DNA of 49,816 nucleotides from Citrobacter phage Stevie, in sequence record KM236241.1. The stretch is one strand, 5' to 3'. The notes below the pieces were generated by a model. The model searched no databases. It worked only from the letters and a program-made list of their open reading frames with translations, and was not told where the DNA came from. The position numbers and the translations under genes were made by a program. Positions 39,557 to 47,050 of this stretch are shown here, in pieces; within the stretch, counting starts at the first letter, position 1; each line of letters starts with the position of its first letter.

Positions 39557-39771
39557 TGCGCCACCTCCACAGTTTCAAATACGGTATTGAATGCCAGAAG
39601 TTTAAATTTCTTGCCAGGCTCAACAACCTGAATATTCCAGGTAATGCCGCCGTGATATGCAACCATATCATCAATATCGACGGTGATTTGTGCGCCCTTC
39701 TTGAATAAACCTTTTTCATGGCTCGCATCGCGTACAGTAACCACAGTTTCGAATTGAGTTTGAATTTCCAT
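39553..39771 (-). CDS. Hypothetical protein
   Basis: ORF downstream of cassette R6. Confidence 0.55.
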   Translation of the reverse strand: MEIQTQFETVVTVRDASHEKGLFKKGAQITVDIDDMVAYHGGITWNIQVVEPGKKFKLLAFNTVFETVEVAQ

Positions 39772-39802
39772 CGTTAATCTCCTGATTGGTTTCGATGGGG
39801 TA

Positions 39803-39845
39803 ACTATATCAAGATACCCCGATCCGGTTTTAACAAAAAATGCTA
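39803..39845 (-). promoter_or_regulatory. Composite promoter cassette R6
   Basis: Minus strand TAGCATTTTTTGTTAAAAC -18- TATAGT; GGGGTA/TACCCC flanks the -10. Confidence 0.8.
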
Positions 39846-39846
39846 T

Positions 39847-40317
39847 TTACAGCCATTCGCCGGAAACAATGAAATCAGTGAAATCGTCATGATCCAAAAT
39901 GCTGTGATAGCCAGTGCAATAATCATTTTTAACCATGTTACCACGCAAACGCACATAATCAGCCTTTCGATCCGTAATCCAACGAATAAAGCGAGCGTTA
40001 CGTTGTGGTATCGTTCCGGCGTAAGCCTCTTTGAATCCAATGTGTGCGATGAATGCCACAAAGCGGATTTGCAAGCCTGGATTGTCTTTCTTTGCCTCGT
40101 TAACCAGGTCGCGGAAGTTTTCACGCGTTGGCTTGACCGGAACCAATTCGCCTAACTCGATCATGCGGTTGAAGTCTGAAATGCTGGAATATGATTGCAT
40201 AAACAGCCCATCGCTACCAAACATCACAACGCCGTTTTCGATGAAGTAAGTGTGTCCGTTGTATTTGTTGGTGTATTTCATCGTGAATTCCTCAGTTCGT
40301 TTCGATGAAGCAATCAT
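39847..40317 (-). CDS. Hypothetical protein
   Basis: First gene of the minus-strand early cluster, downstream of cassette R7. Confidence 0.55.
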   Translation of the reverse strand: MIASSKRTEEFTMKYTNKYNGHTYFIENGVVMFGSDGLFMQSYSSISDFNRMIELGELVPVKPTRENFRDLVNEAKKDNPGLQIRFVAFIAHIGFKEAYAGTIPQRNARFIRWITDRKADYVRLRGNMVKNDYCTGYHSILDHDDFTDFIVSGEWL

Positions 40318-40355
40318 AGCAATTCGCGTCTGATTGGTTTTAACAAAAAGTGCTA
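40313..40355 (-). promoter_or_regulatory. Composite promoter cassette R7
   Basis: Minus strand TAGCACTTTTTGTTAAAAC -18- TATGAT; CAATCA/TGATTG inverted repeat. Confidence 0.8.
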
Positions 40356-40365
40356 TTCATGCGAT

Positions 40366-40393
40366 AGACCGATTGGTCTAGACCGTTTGGTCT
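40366..40393. repeat. Two adjacent 14-bp palindromes
   Basis: AGACC-gatt-GGTCT immediately followed by AGACC-gttt-GGTCT. Confidence 0.9.
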
Positions 40394-40610
40394 AATGAAC
40401 GCATCGTTTTGTGTATCGAACGCATTCATGATCCTGTTACGTGATCGTTATATGATCAGATGATGATTGATGTGTGAGATTTTGTGATTAAAATTGATTT
40501 GATTTGATTAGATTTGAGTAGTGAGAGAGTAGAAATAATCACACCTTGTCGATCAGAGAAAACTTTTCCCGCAAAACATCACTCCAGGCTCCGCGCTGTT
40601 ATCTTCCGTT

Positions 40611-41063
40611 CATGGGTGTTCACAAATCTATCCGGCGTAGTTCCTCGACGGTTCTATGTGTTAGCCACACAAAAAGAACAAAATAAAACTCTATATAATA
40701 ATAATTAAAACAGTAAGTTATCTATATATATGTATTTATTTGTTTCTATACTGTTTCTAATGTTCCATATGGTTAGTGGTGGGTGATATATTGTTGATGG
40801 TGGTATTTGGTTAATATTTAGCCTATTGCGCCTGGTCTGGTAGTGGATTGAGAAAAATATATTTATATATAGGAATCCGCGAAAATTCATGAACGTATGA
40901 ACAGCCAAAGAACGCGTTTTCAATTTCAAGTAAAACATTCACTTACGCTGAAAATTTGTTCCACTATAGGTATGGAACGTAAGCACACAAAAAACTACTT
41001 GACGATAACAAATGGCGGCGATAATATGCCACAACGAACTAACCAACAGGAGGATAACCAATC
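40611..41063 (+). repeat. Non-coding block copy B (diverged duplicate of 20121..20523)
   Basis: See copy A; same order of conserved blocks and same strand. Confidence 0.7.
40999..41027 (+). promoter_or_regulatory. Sigma70-like promoter for right early operon
   Basis: TTGACG - 17 bp - TAATAT. Confidence 0.6.
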
Positions 41064-41516
41064 ATGGCAACTACCAAAGAGTTTTGCGACAGCTTGCGTG
41101 AACTGGCGAAGAAGTTAGCAAGCGGAGAGCTTGAGAATTACATCATTGCCGATGCTCTTATCGAGGACAATCTCGACGAGCAAGACCGGAAGAAGGTCAA
41201 TGCCTCATACATTCGCACGATCATGAATCGCGTCCCTGACGTGAAGGAGATCGGAACGGTTTCAATTACTCGCACTGATCCGGTTGAGGAAGCGCCAGGG
41301 TTTAAGGTGGCAATCAACCGCGAGGCAAAGCGACAGGTATTCACAAAAAATGATATTCCTGCACTGGAAAAGCGGATCGGTGAGCGAATCGCCAAACGAC
41401 TGCTAAACACAATGCCAAATATCACGGATCTGGAAGGTGAACAACTACAGGGCGCGGCAATAGGAATTAAGCGATATCAGGATCTAATTAAGTCAATGGT
41501 TGAGCAAGGGGAATAA
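41064..41516 (+). CDS. Hypothetical early protein
   Basis: 150-aa ORF with AGGAGG RBS. Confidence 0.75.
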   Translation: MATTKEFCDSLRELAKKLASGELENYIIADALIEDNLDEQDRKKVNASYIRTIMNRVPDVKEIGTVSITRTDPVEEAPGFKVAINREAKRQVFTKNDIPALEKRIGERIAKRLLNTMPNITDLEGEQLQGAAIGIKRYQDLIKSMVEQGE

Positions 41517-41518
41517 TC

Positions 41519-41752
41519 ATGTTTTGTCCGATCCGTTTTAATGGTGTAGACCTGCTGAAAGAATCCAGGATGTGTACAACTGCAATTGTTAATCGCCTAT
41601 ATCTAAGAAGTGGCGGCAACATAGTAAAGCTGGAATATCGTTCCGGTCGCATAATCCGCACAGACACCGGAAGATGGATAGAAACAAGTGAATTGCTATG
41701 GCACAACGCAAAAGGCCGCTTATACTTCAAAACGTTTGAGGATATCCGCTAA
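41519..41752 (+). CDS. Hypothetical protein
   Basis: Operonic ORF. Confidence 0.6.
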   Translation: MFCPIRFNGVDLLKESRMCTTAIVNRLYLRSGGNIVKLEYRSGRIIRTDTGRWIETSELLWHNAKGRLYFKTFEDIR

Positions 41753-41865
41753 TGAATACGAAATATATTGAGTTATGTTTATGCTTGCTTATCCTTGCGA
41801 TTGCGGCAACTTTCGGATCGCTTGCATTCCTGGTTATTGCTGACGCCATCGGGAGGCTTCAGTGA
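41752..41865 (+). CDS. 37-aa membrane micropeptide
   Basis: MNTKYIELCLCLLILAIAATFGSLAFLVIADAIGRLQ; TAATG overlap. Confidence 0.5.
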   Translation: MNTKYIELCLCLLILAIAATFGSLAFLVIADAIGRLQ

Positions 41866-41969
41866 AAGCATTCGCCCTTGTCGCTGCAATGTGGTGCATG
41901 GTTATTGGTCATCCTGGCGTTACGCTGGCGTTGTGCGTATTTATTTTGTTGGGGGTGTTTGATGAATAA
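41862..41969 (+). CDS. 35-aa membrane micropeptide (GTG start)
   Basis: MKAFALVAAMWCMVIGHPGVTLALCVFILLGVFDE; GTGA overlap. Confidence 0.5.
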   Translation: MKAFALVAAMWCMVIGHPGVTLALCVFILLGVFDE

Positions 41970-42075
41970 GAAACTTTTAGATCATGCCGTGGTGTTCTTT
42001 ATCGCTGCTGCTGGATTTTCGCTGTTGTCAATTGCTTTTTCAATCCTTGCTTTTGCCGTGTCAATGCTGAAATGA
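41962..42075 (+). CDS. 37-aa membrane micropeptide
   Basis: MNKKLLDHAVVFFIAAAGFSLLSIAFSILAFAVSMLK; 8-nt overlap. Confidence 0.5.
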   Translation: MNKKLLDHAVVFFIAAAGFSLLSIAFSILAFAVSMLK

Positions 42076-42098
42076 CGGATTACATCCTGATTGGCAAA

Positions 42099-42141
42099 TA
42101 GCACTTTTTGTTAAAACTCGATTGGGGTAGTTTGGCATAAT
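42099..42141 (+). promoter_or_regulatory. Composite promoter cassette F5
   Basis: TAGCACTTTTTGTTAAAAC -18- CATAAT; TGGGGTA/TACCCCA inverted repeat brackets the -10. Confidence 0.85.
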
Positions 42142-42172
42142 TACCCCATCGAAACGAAACGAGGAAAACACA

Positions 42173-42331
42173 ATGACTACCTTAATCACCTGGGAACACG
42201 AAACAAGCCAGCCAGTAACCCGCGAGTTTGAAACTCTTAGCCAGGCTTATCTTTTGGCTGCTAACGGTGGTTATTACAAGGCTCAAGTTGTTGATGAAAT
42301 GGGAGTGATCGTTTATGAATTCCATGCATAA
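42173..42331 (+). CDS. 52-aa hypothetical protein
   Basis: MTTLITWEHETSQPVTREFETLSQAYLLAANGGYYKAQVVDEMGVIVYEFHA, downstream of F5. Confidence 0.55.
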   Translation: MTTLITWEHETSQPVTREFETLSQAYLLAANGGYYKAQVVDEMGVIVYEFHA

Positions 42332-42596
42332 TTTCCGCAGCTACACGCAGGAAGTGGATTTTGAGGGGATCAAGTTACCACTTCCTAACATATACCGCTA
42401 TATCACTCGTGATGAATACGGATTTATAAACGCCTGGCGAGATAAGCCCAAAAAGGTTGGCAATGAATACGGCGACGGCTCAGAGATGCCGATCACGTTA
42501 GGTCATCAAACTGGCGAGAATGTAGCGGCTGTAATGCGCAAATATCGCCGCAGCCTCACAAACTCATTAATTTCTATCTTTGGCATACAGGAGTAA
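42324..42596 (+). CDS. Hypothetical protein
   Basis: Operonic ORF. Confidence 0.6.
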   Translation: MHNFRSYTQEVDFEGIKLPLPNIYRYITRDEYGFINAWRDKPKKVGNEYGDGSEMPITLGHQTGENVAAVMRKYRRSLTNSLISIFGIQE

Positions 42597-42601
42597 TAAA
42601 A

Positions 42602-42859
42602 ATGTTTGAACTGAAACGCGTAACTGTTGAGATCCTGAATGATGGCTCTTACGATGGAATGAAACACTTAACATTCCCGATCCGCATTGAGAATTGCATT
42701 GATTACGGTATTGAAGTTGGAATGGTTGACGTTCCGCTTGATGCCCTGGTAGCGGCTGGCTATGACAAAGAGAAAGGCCAATGCGCCGATATACCGGATA
42801 GCTATGAAAGCGACACACATTTCCCGTTCACCTATGGCGAATGCAGGATTGTTGATTGA
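42602..42859 (+). CDS. Hypothetical protein
   Basis: Operonic ORF. Confidence 0.6.
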   Translation: MFELKRVTVEILNDGSYDGMKHLTFPIRIENCIDYGIEVGMVDVPLDALVAAGYDKEKGQCADIPDSYESDTHFPFTYGECRIVD

Positions 42860-42868
42860 GGTTATAAA

Positions 42869-42949
42869 GTGAGCAGTTGGCATAATGAACACGTAATGCA
42901 ATTCTACCGCTACAGAATAAAGAAAATGCTAAATAGCACGAATTGCTAA
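42869..42949 (+). CDS. 26-aa ORF ending NSTNC inside cassette F6
   Basis: GTG start; MSSWHNEHVMQFYRYRIKKMLNSTNC. Confidence 0.35.
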   Translation: MSSWHNEHVMQFYRYRIKKMLNSTNC

Positions 42950-42976
42950 AACTAAATCAGGGGCATTTGTTATAGT
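42934..42976 (+). promoter_or_regulatory. Composite promoter cassette F6
   Basis: TAGCACGAATTGCTAAAAC -18- TATAGT; AGGGGCA/TGCCCCT around the -10. Confidence 0.88.
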
Positions 42977-43010
42977 GCCCCTCGTTGAGTTAAGCAAAGG
43001 AGAATCAACA

Positions 43011-43564
43011 ATGTTAAGCATCGAAAAATCAACTTCCCGATCACATTTAAAAATTGCGCTAACGGTAAAAATATTACATATCACAGTGAATACAGCAACG
43101 GCGTTTGGAGTAGCGGCGAGAAAAGCAGTCTTTCATTGCAATATTTCATTAAGCTGCATAATGAGCATAACCAAAGCAATAGTAATGTGTTGAGGTACTA
43201 TTACGAAATGGCAGAAAAACGCGAGGATAACGATCTGTTATATGCGATGAAATATTTAAATATCAGGCCTGGCCATGTCAATTTAAACGGTGCTGTGTTT
43301 ACTGAGTCAGTAGGTGCTAAAGATTACGATTACATTTGCAAGGTTGAAAATATGCCAGTTGGCGCAACGCTTTTAGGTGTTCAGCGTGAAAATGGCGAAT
43401 GGGACGAGTTGAAATTTAAACCGCGCCGCATTGAAGTACATGACGATGTTATTTGCTTGCTTTCCGGTTATTCTGGTGGCTACAAGAGCGGCAATAATTA
43501 CGGCGCTGAAATCAACATTAAGATCGGCACTAACGTAAAAATCAAAAACAGCACGAATTGCTAA
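43011..43564 (+). CDS. Hypothetical gene, probably interrupted by a -1 frame change near 43024-43029
   Basis: ATG after RBS is in a frame that ends at 43193; the other frame is open from 43013 and continues into the 43136..43564 ORF. Confidence 0.45.
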
Positions 43565-43591
43565 AACAGAATTTTGAGCTTGCTGTATAGT
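43549..43591 (+). promoter_or_regulatory. Composite promoter cassette F7
   Basis: CAGCACGAATTGCTAAAAC -18- TATAGT; TGAGCTT/AAGCTCA around the -10. Confidence 0.85.
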
Positions 43592-43623
43592 AAGCTCATA
43601 CCAAACAACGAAAGGATCAAAAA

Positions 43624-43941
43624 ATGGAATTAGCACGTAACGCGGTTTATGGCTTACACCTTAATAAAGGCGGCAAAGGCTCAAGTTATGCACACCTTTT
43701 TCATGTTAACGAGCGCGGTCAAATTGATATTGCAATGTATGTTGACAAACTGGTTAAAGGTTGTGAGTCCAGCAAGTTCAGACCCGATCTGATTGAATAC
43801 GATCACACACACAGTCACGACCACTGGTTAGGTGGTTATAAATTTACAATGCTTGATAGCCATGTTATTGACACAAGAAAATTAACGAATCGTGACTATA
43901 GGCGCATGGCTCGAAAAATCCTGAAGCAGAAAGCGCAATAG
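43624..43941 (+). CDS. Hypothetical protein
   Basis: ORF downstream of F7; stop supplied by F8. Confidence 0.65.
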   Translation: MELARNAVYGLHLNKGGKGSSYAHLFHVNERGQIDIAMYVDKLVKGCESSKFRPDLIEYDHTHSHDHWLGGYKFTMLDSHVIDTRKLTNRDYRRMARKILKQKAQ

Positions 43942-43981
43942 CACGAAATGTTAAGCGGTCATGTGTGCTGATTGGTACAAT
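43939..43981 (+). promoter_or_regulatory. Composite promoter cassette F8 (variant)
   Basis: TAGCACGAAATGTTAAGCG -18- TACAAT; GCGGTCA/TGACCGC. Confidence 0.75.
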
Positions 43982-44013
43982 GACCGCATCAACCAACAAG
44001 AGAGGATAGAAAA

Positions 44014-44121
44014 ATGTCAAAAGAATCAATTAAGCAGTTTCTGAAATACGGCTCTATGATTGTGCTCGCTACCGTTGTGCTGGCTGGCATCGCTTACAGT
44101 GTCATCGAATTTGTGGGGTAA
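44014..44121 (+). CDS. 35-aa membrane protein
   Basis: MSKESIKQFLKYGSMIVLATVVLAGIAYSVIEFVG downstream of F8 with AGAGG RBS. Confidence 0.6.
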   Translation: MSKESIKQFLKYGSMIVLATVVLAGIAYSVIEFVG

Positions 44122-44124
44122 TGG

Positions 44125-44688
44125 ATGTTTAAGATCGAATTGTGGGGGAAGGAATACGCTAATCACTACGTTGCAACAAAACAGCGTTTCGTTATTTTTG
44201 ACCTGGACGGCACGTTATCAAATGGGGCGCATCGCTTGCACCTGTTGCCAACTGTTGACTTGCATCTTACTGAAAGCTGGAGTGAGTTTAACCGCGCCTC
44301 AAAGGATGATTCACCGTTCAGCAATAACATTTCCGTGTGCAATGCTATGTTTGATGCCGGATACCTGGTTATCATCCTAACGGGTCGGAGTGATGAAGTT
44401 GAGGCAGAAACGCGAGCATGGTTAGCTGAAAACGGCGTTTCTTTCGATTGGCTGATTATGCGCCGAGCGGAGGACAACCGGAAAGATACCGTGATCAAAG
44501 AGGAAGTTTTACGGACTATCGGGCTTGATCGCATTGTCGCATGTTGGGATGACTCGCCAAACGTTATTGCACACTTGCGCGGCCTGGGCTTGACGGTTTA
44601 CCAGGTTATTGACTACGGAGACCAGTTGCACGATCACATAAAATCTCACGGCGTGGAGGAATTGAGCGATGACAGCAAAGCTAATTGA
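44125..44688 (+). CDS. HAD-family phosphatase (polynucleotide kinase 3'-phosphatase-like)
   Basis: VIFDLDGTLSNGAHRLH, IILTGRSDE, CWDDSPNV motifs. Confidence 0.8.
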   Translation: MFKIELWGKEYANHYVATKQRFVIFDLDGTLSNGAHRLHLLPTVDLHLTESWSEFNRASKDDSPFSNNISVCNAMFDAGYLVIILTGRSDEVEAETRAWLAENGVSFDWLIMRRAEDNRKDTVIKEEVLRTIGLDRIVACWDDSPNVIAHLRGLGLTVYQVIDYGDQLHDHIKSHGVEELSDDSKAN

Positions 44689-44857
44689 AGATCGGCATGG
44701 TGATAACGTGCTTATTTACATCGAAGGGAAATCGGTGTTGATTGACTGCAAATATGAGGATGACACACATTTGCAGTTTCGCGGAATCTTTGACAAGAAA
44801 GGCGCATTGGAGTTAGCGGAACACATCAAGCGTCTTGCGGAAGAATTACCGGAATAG
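44669..44857 (+). CDS. Hypothetical protein
   Basis: Operonic ORF. Confidence 0.55.
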   Translation: MTAKLIEDRHGDNVLIYIEGKSVLIDCKYEDDTHLQFRGIFDKKGALELAEHIKRLAEELPE

Positions 44858-44867
44858 AGGATTTATT

Positions 44868-45053
44868 ATGTTGACTTTTATCTTGATCGCTATCGTTTTA
44901 ATTCTGTATGTTTGCGGCGCTTTCCTGATGCGAGCGCTACTAAAAGAGGCTGACGCTGATGATAAGGATAGTTGGAAGCCGATTATTTTATGGCCTGGCT
45001 ATATCATCGTGCCAATTTACGAACTAATCCGCGATGGTGAGTTTAAATGGTAA
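44868..45053 (+). CDS. Small membrane protein
   Basis: MLTFILIAIVLILYVCGAFLMRALL. Confidence 0.6.
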   Translation: MLTFILIAIVLILYVCGAFLMRALLKEADADDKDSWKPIILWPGYIIVPIYELIRDGEFKW

Positions 45054-45054
45054 A

Positions 45055-45097
45055 TAGCACTTTTTGCTAAAACTTGCTAAGGCACATTTGATAAAGT
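45055..45097 (+). promoter_or_regulatory. Composite promoter cassette F9
   Basis: TAGCACTTTTTGCTAAAAC -18- TAAAGT; AAGGCACA/TGTGCCTT around the -10. Confidence 0.88.
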
Positions 45098-45130
45098 GTG
45101 CCTTGTCGAGACAAGCAAGGAGAATGACAC

Positions 45131-45427
45131 ATGAAAGTTTTTATGATTAAACAGTTTGGACGCACTGCATATTATATCATCAACGACGAGGGAGATATTT
45201 TCATTTCGAACTATCCTACTCTTGAAGTAGGTCGTCATTTCAGAAGTTCAGTTGACGAAAAGGGAGTTATCAATATGGTTGAGTGTGGAATGATGGTTCC
45301 CTTCAATAAAGAAGCGGCTGAATTATTCCAGCAATCACAGATCCGAAAACGCAACCGCAATATTATTTGCTTCACAATTGCAATGGTTGTAACTGTTGGC
45401 TCAATCTTACTTGGAGTGTGGTCGTGA
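45131..45427 (+). CDS. Hypothetical protein with C-terminal TM
   Basis: ORF downstream of F9. Confidence 0.6.
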   Translation: MKVFMIKQFGRTAYYIINDEGDIFISNYPTLEVGRHFRSSVDEKGVINMVECGMMVPFNKEAAELFQQSQIRKRNRNIICFTIAMVVTVGSILLGVWS

Positions 45428-45609
45428 TGAATACTGATAATAAAGTTGAAACACAAAAGACGATCAACTATCTGCGAGCGCTTGCTGATGCTCTTGAGTC
45501 CGGCGAGGCAGCATTAAATGATGTTAGTATTGAGTCAAGAAATCACGGATGGACTCAGATCGAAGAAACATTAACCGTTCAATATTTTAAGGTGAATAAA
45601 GATGGCTAA
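45427..45609 (+). CDS. Hypothetical protein
   Basis: ATG overlaps previous stop. Confidence 0.55.
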   Translation: MNTDNKVETQKTINYLRALADALESGEAALNDVSIESRNHGWTQIEETLTVQYFKVNKDG

Positions 45610-46177
45610 AATTATAATCCTCAATGCGCCTCCTGGTGCTGGTAAAGACACGATAGGCAAGATGATTTCTGTCTATTCGCCTGGTAAGCAATGCCGAATC
45701 ATTAGCTTTAAAGAGCCAATGTTTGATATTGCATTAGCTATCCTGGGCAAAGAGAACTATAAGCGTTTCATGCTGGCTTACGATGACAGAGAGCAGAAAG
45801 AAAGGCCGCAAACGTTCCTGATGGGTATGTCACCGCGCGAGTTAATGATCTGGATTAGCGAGGATGTGATCAAGCCTAAATTCGGTAAGGATTATTTCGG
45901 CGTAAGGTTTAATCAGAAAGTAAAAGAGTGTGATGCTCCTGTTGTTTGCACTGATGGCGGTTTTCCAGATGAAATTATAGCGCTAATCAATGCTGGTAAT
46001 GAGGTGAAGTTATGCCGCTTGCACCGCGACGGGTTCACGTTTGCAGGTGATAGCCGCAACTACATTCGAATAAATCCATACTACCAGAAAAACGGATATA
46101 GCGAGCACGATTATAAATTGGTTGATAAACAACCAAATGTAACGGCAAAGGAAATCATTCGCGATCACCTTAAATAG
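45602..46177 (+). CDS. Deoxynucleoside monophosphate kinase-like protein
   Basis: IIILNAPPGAGKDTIG P-loop; kinase-like fold pattern. Confidence 0.75.
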   Translation: MAKIIILNAPPGAGKDTIGKMISVYSPGKQCRIISFKEPMFDIALAILGKENYKRFMLAYDDREQKERPQTFLMGMSPRELMIWISEDVIKPKFGKDYFGVRFNQKVKECDAPVVCTDGGFPDEIIALINAGNEVKLCRLHRDGFTFAGDSRNYIRINPYYQKNGYSEHDYKLVDKQPNVTAKEIIRDHLK

Positions 46178-46217
46178 CACGAATTGCTAAAACTTGCGCA
46201 AGGCCATTTGTTATAGT
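46175..46217 (+). promoter_or_regulatory. Composite promoter cassette F10
   Basis: TAGCACGAATTGCTAAAAC -18- TATAGT; AAGGCCA/TGGCCTT around the -10. Confidence 0.9.
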
Positions 46218-46257
46218 GGCCTTATTCAAGAGAAGCAACCAATCAGAGGAATAAACG

Positions 46258-46455
46258 ATGAAAATTAAATGCACCAAATCAAACACCATGAATCTGACAG
46301 TTGGCGCAATTTACCACATGGAAGATGGTGTAAACGGATTTAGCCCGACTGTTACGCATGAATACGGCGGTCACTTCTTCTTAAACGGTAAAGACGGATT
46401 ATCTGTAAATGTTGGCTCTTTCGTTCTGGCAGAATTTGAGATCGTGGAGGAATAA
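46258..46455 (+). CDS. Hypothetical protein
   Basis: ORF downstream of F10. Confidence 0.6.
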   Translation: MKIKCTKSNTMNLTVGAIYHMEDGVNGFSPTVTHEYGGHFFLNGKDGLSVNVGSFVLAEFEIVEE

Positions 46456-46456
46456 A

Positions 46457-46621
46457 ATGTTCTGGATTCATTCGCCGCAAGGGTTGCTTTATGTGCCTGG
46501 CGTTGAATTGGAAGAACGACGCGACGGCGACACGGTAAACATCATAACGAAGGATTCAAAAGGCCATACGCTTAAAACGTATGTTTTTAACACTCCGGTT
46601 AAGGTTGAAAAAGATGATTAG
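46457..46621 (+). CDS. Hypothetical protein
   Basis: Operonic ORF. Confidence 0.55.
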   Translation: MFWIHSPQGLLYVPGVELEERRDGDTVNIITKDSKGHTLKTYVFNTPVKVEKDD

Positions 46622-46796
46622 ATTTATTGGTTTTGTGGCATTGCTTATGTGCGGAATATTGCTTACTGACAATGACACTTGGCAAAGCGCTGTTGGCGGT
46701 TTACTTATTTTTCTTGCTGGTGGCATGGTTGGCAGTGATGACGCAGCAAACAAGAATAAACTTTCCGATCATTTACGCAGAGAGACAAAACGATGA
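46614..46796 (+). CDS. Small membrane protein
   Basis: MIRFIGFVALLMCGILLTDNDTWQSAVGGLLIFLAGGMVG. Confidence 0.6.
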   Translation: MIRFIGFVALLMCGILLTDNDTWQSAVGGLLIFLAGGMVGSDDAANKNKLSDHLRRETKR

Positions 46797-47038
46797 ATAG
46801 AAAAATGCTGGTACGCGCATTCGCGAAGATTGCTAAAAGATGGGGTGATTCAGCTAAAACACCTTACACGTTTAGTATGTACGGTTACAAGAATGCTCGC
46901 GCATGGGGTCGCATCATTGCAGATAACTATGAATCCGAAATGCTGGATGCTTACGCAAGCTGGATTGATACGCCGCTAAATGAATGGGGCCAGGCTGAAT
47001 ATGATTGTTTTGCTGATGAAGAAATTTCTTGTTGGTAA
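46793..47038 (+). CDS. Hypothetical protein
   Basis: ATGA overlap. Confidence 0.6.
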   Translation: MNRKMLVRAFAKIAKRWGDSAKTPYTFSMYGYKNARAWGRIIADNYESEMLDAYASWIDTPLNEWGQAEYDCFADEEISCW

Positions 47039-47050
47039 GGAGAACAAAAT

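Noticed and set aside
40705-40938. Minus-strand 77-aa ORF inside duplicated non-coding block B
   Set aside because: Composition driven by AT-rich sequence, and copy A has no listed equivalent ORF despite nucleotide block conservation.
43011-43193. 60-aa frame-0 ORF as an independent gene
   Set aside because: Good RBS, but the translation looks non-protein-like compared with the overlapping -1 frame; treated as the start of a frame-interrupted gene.
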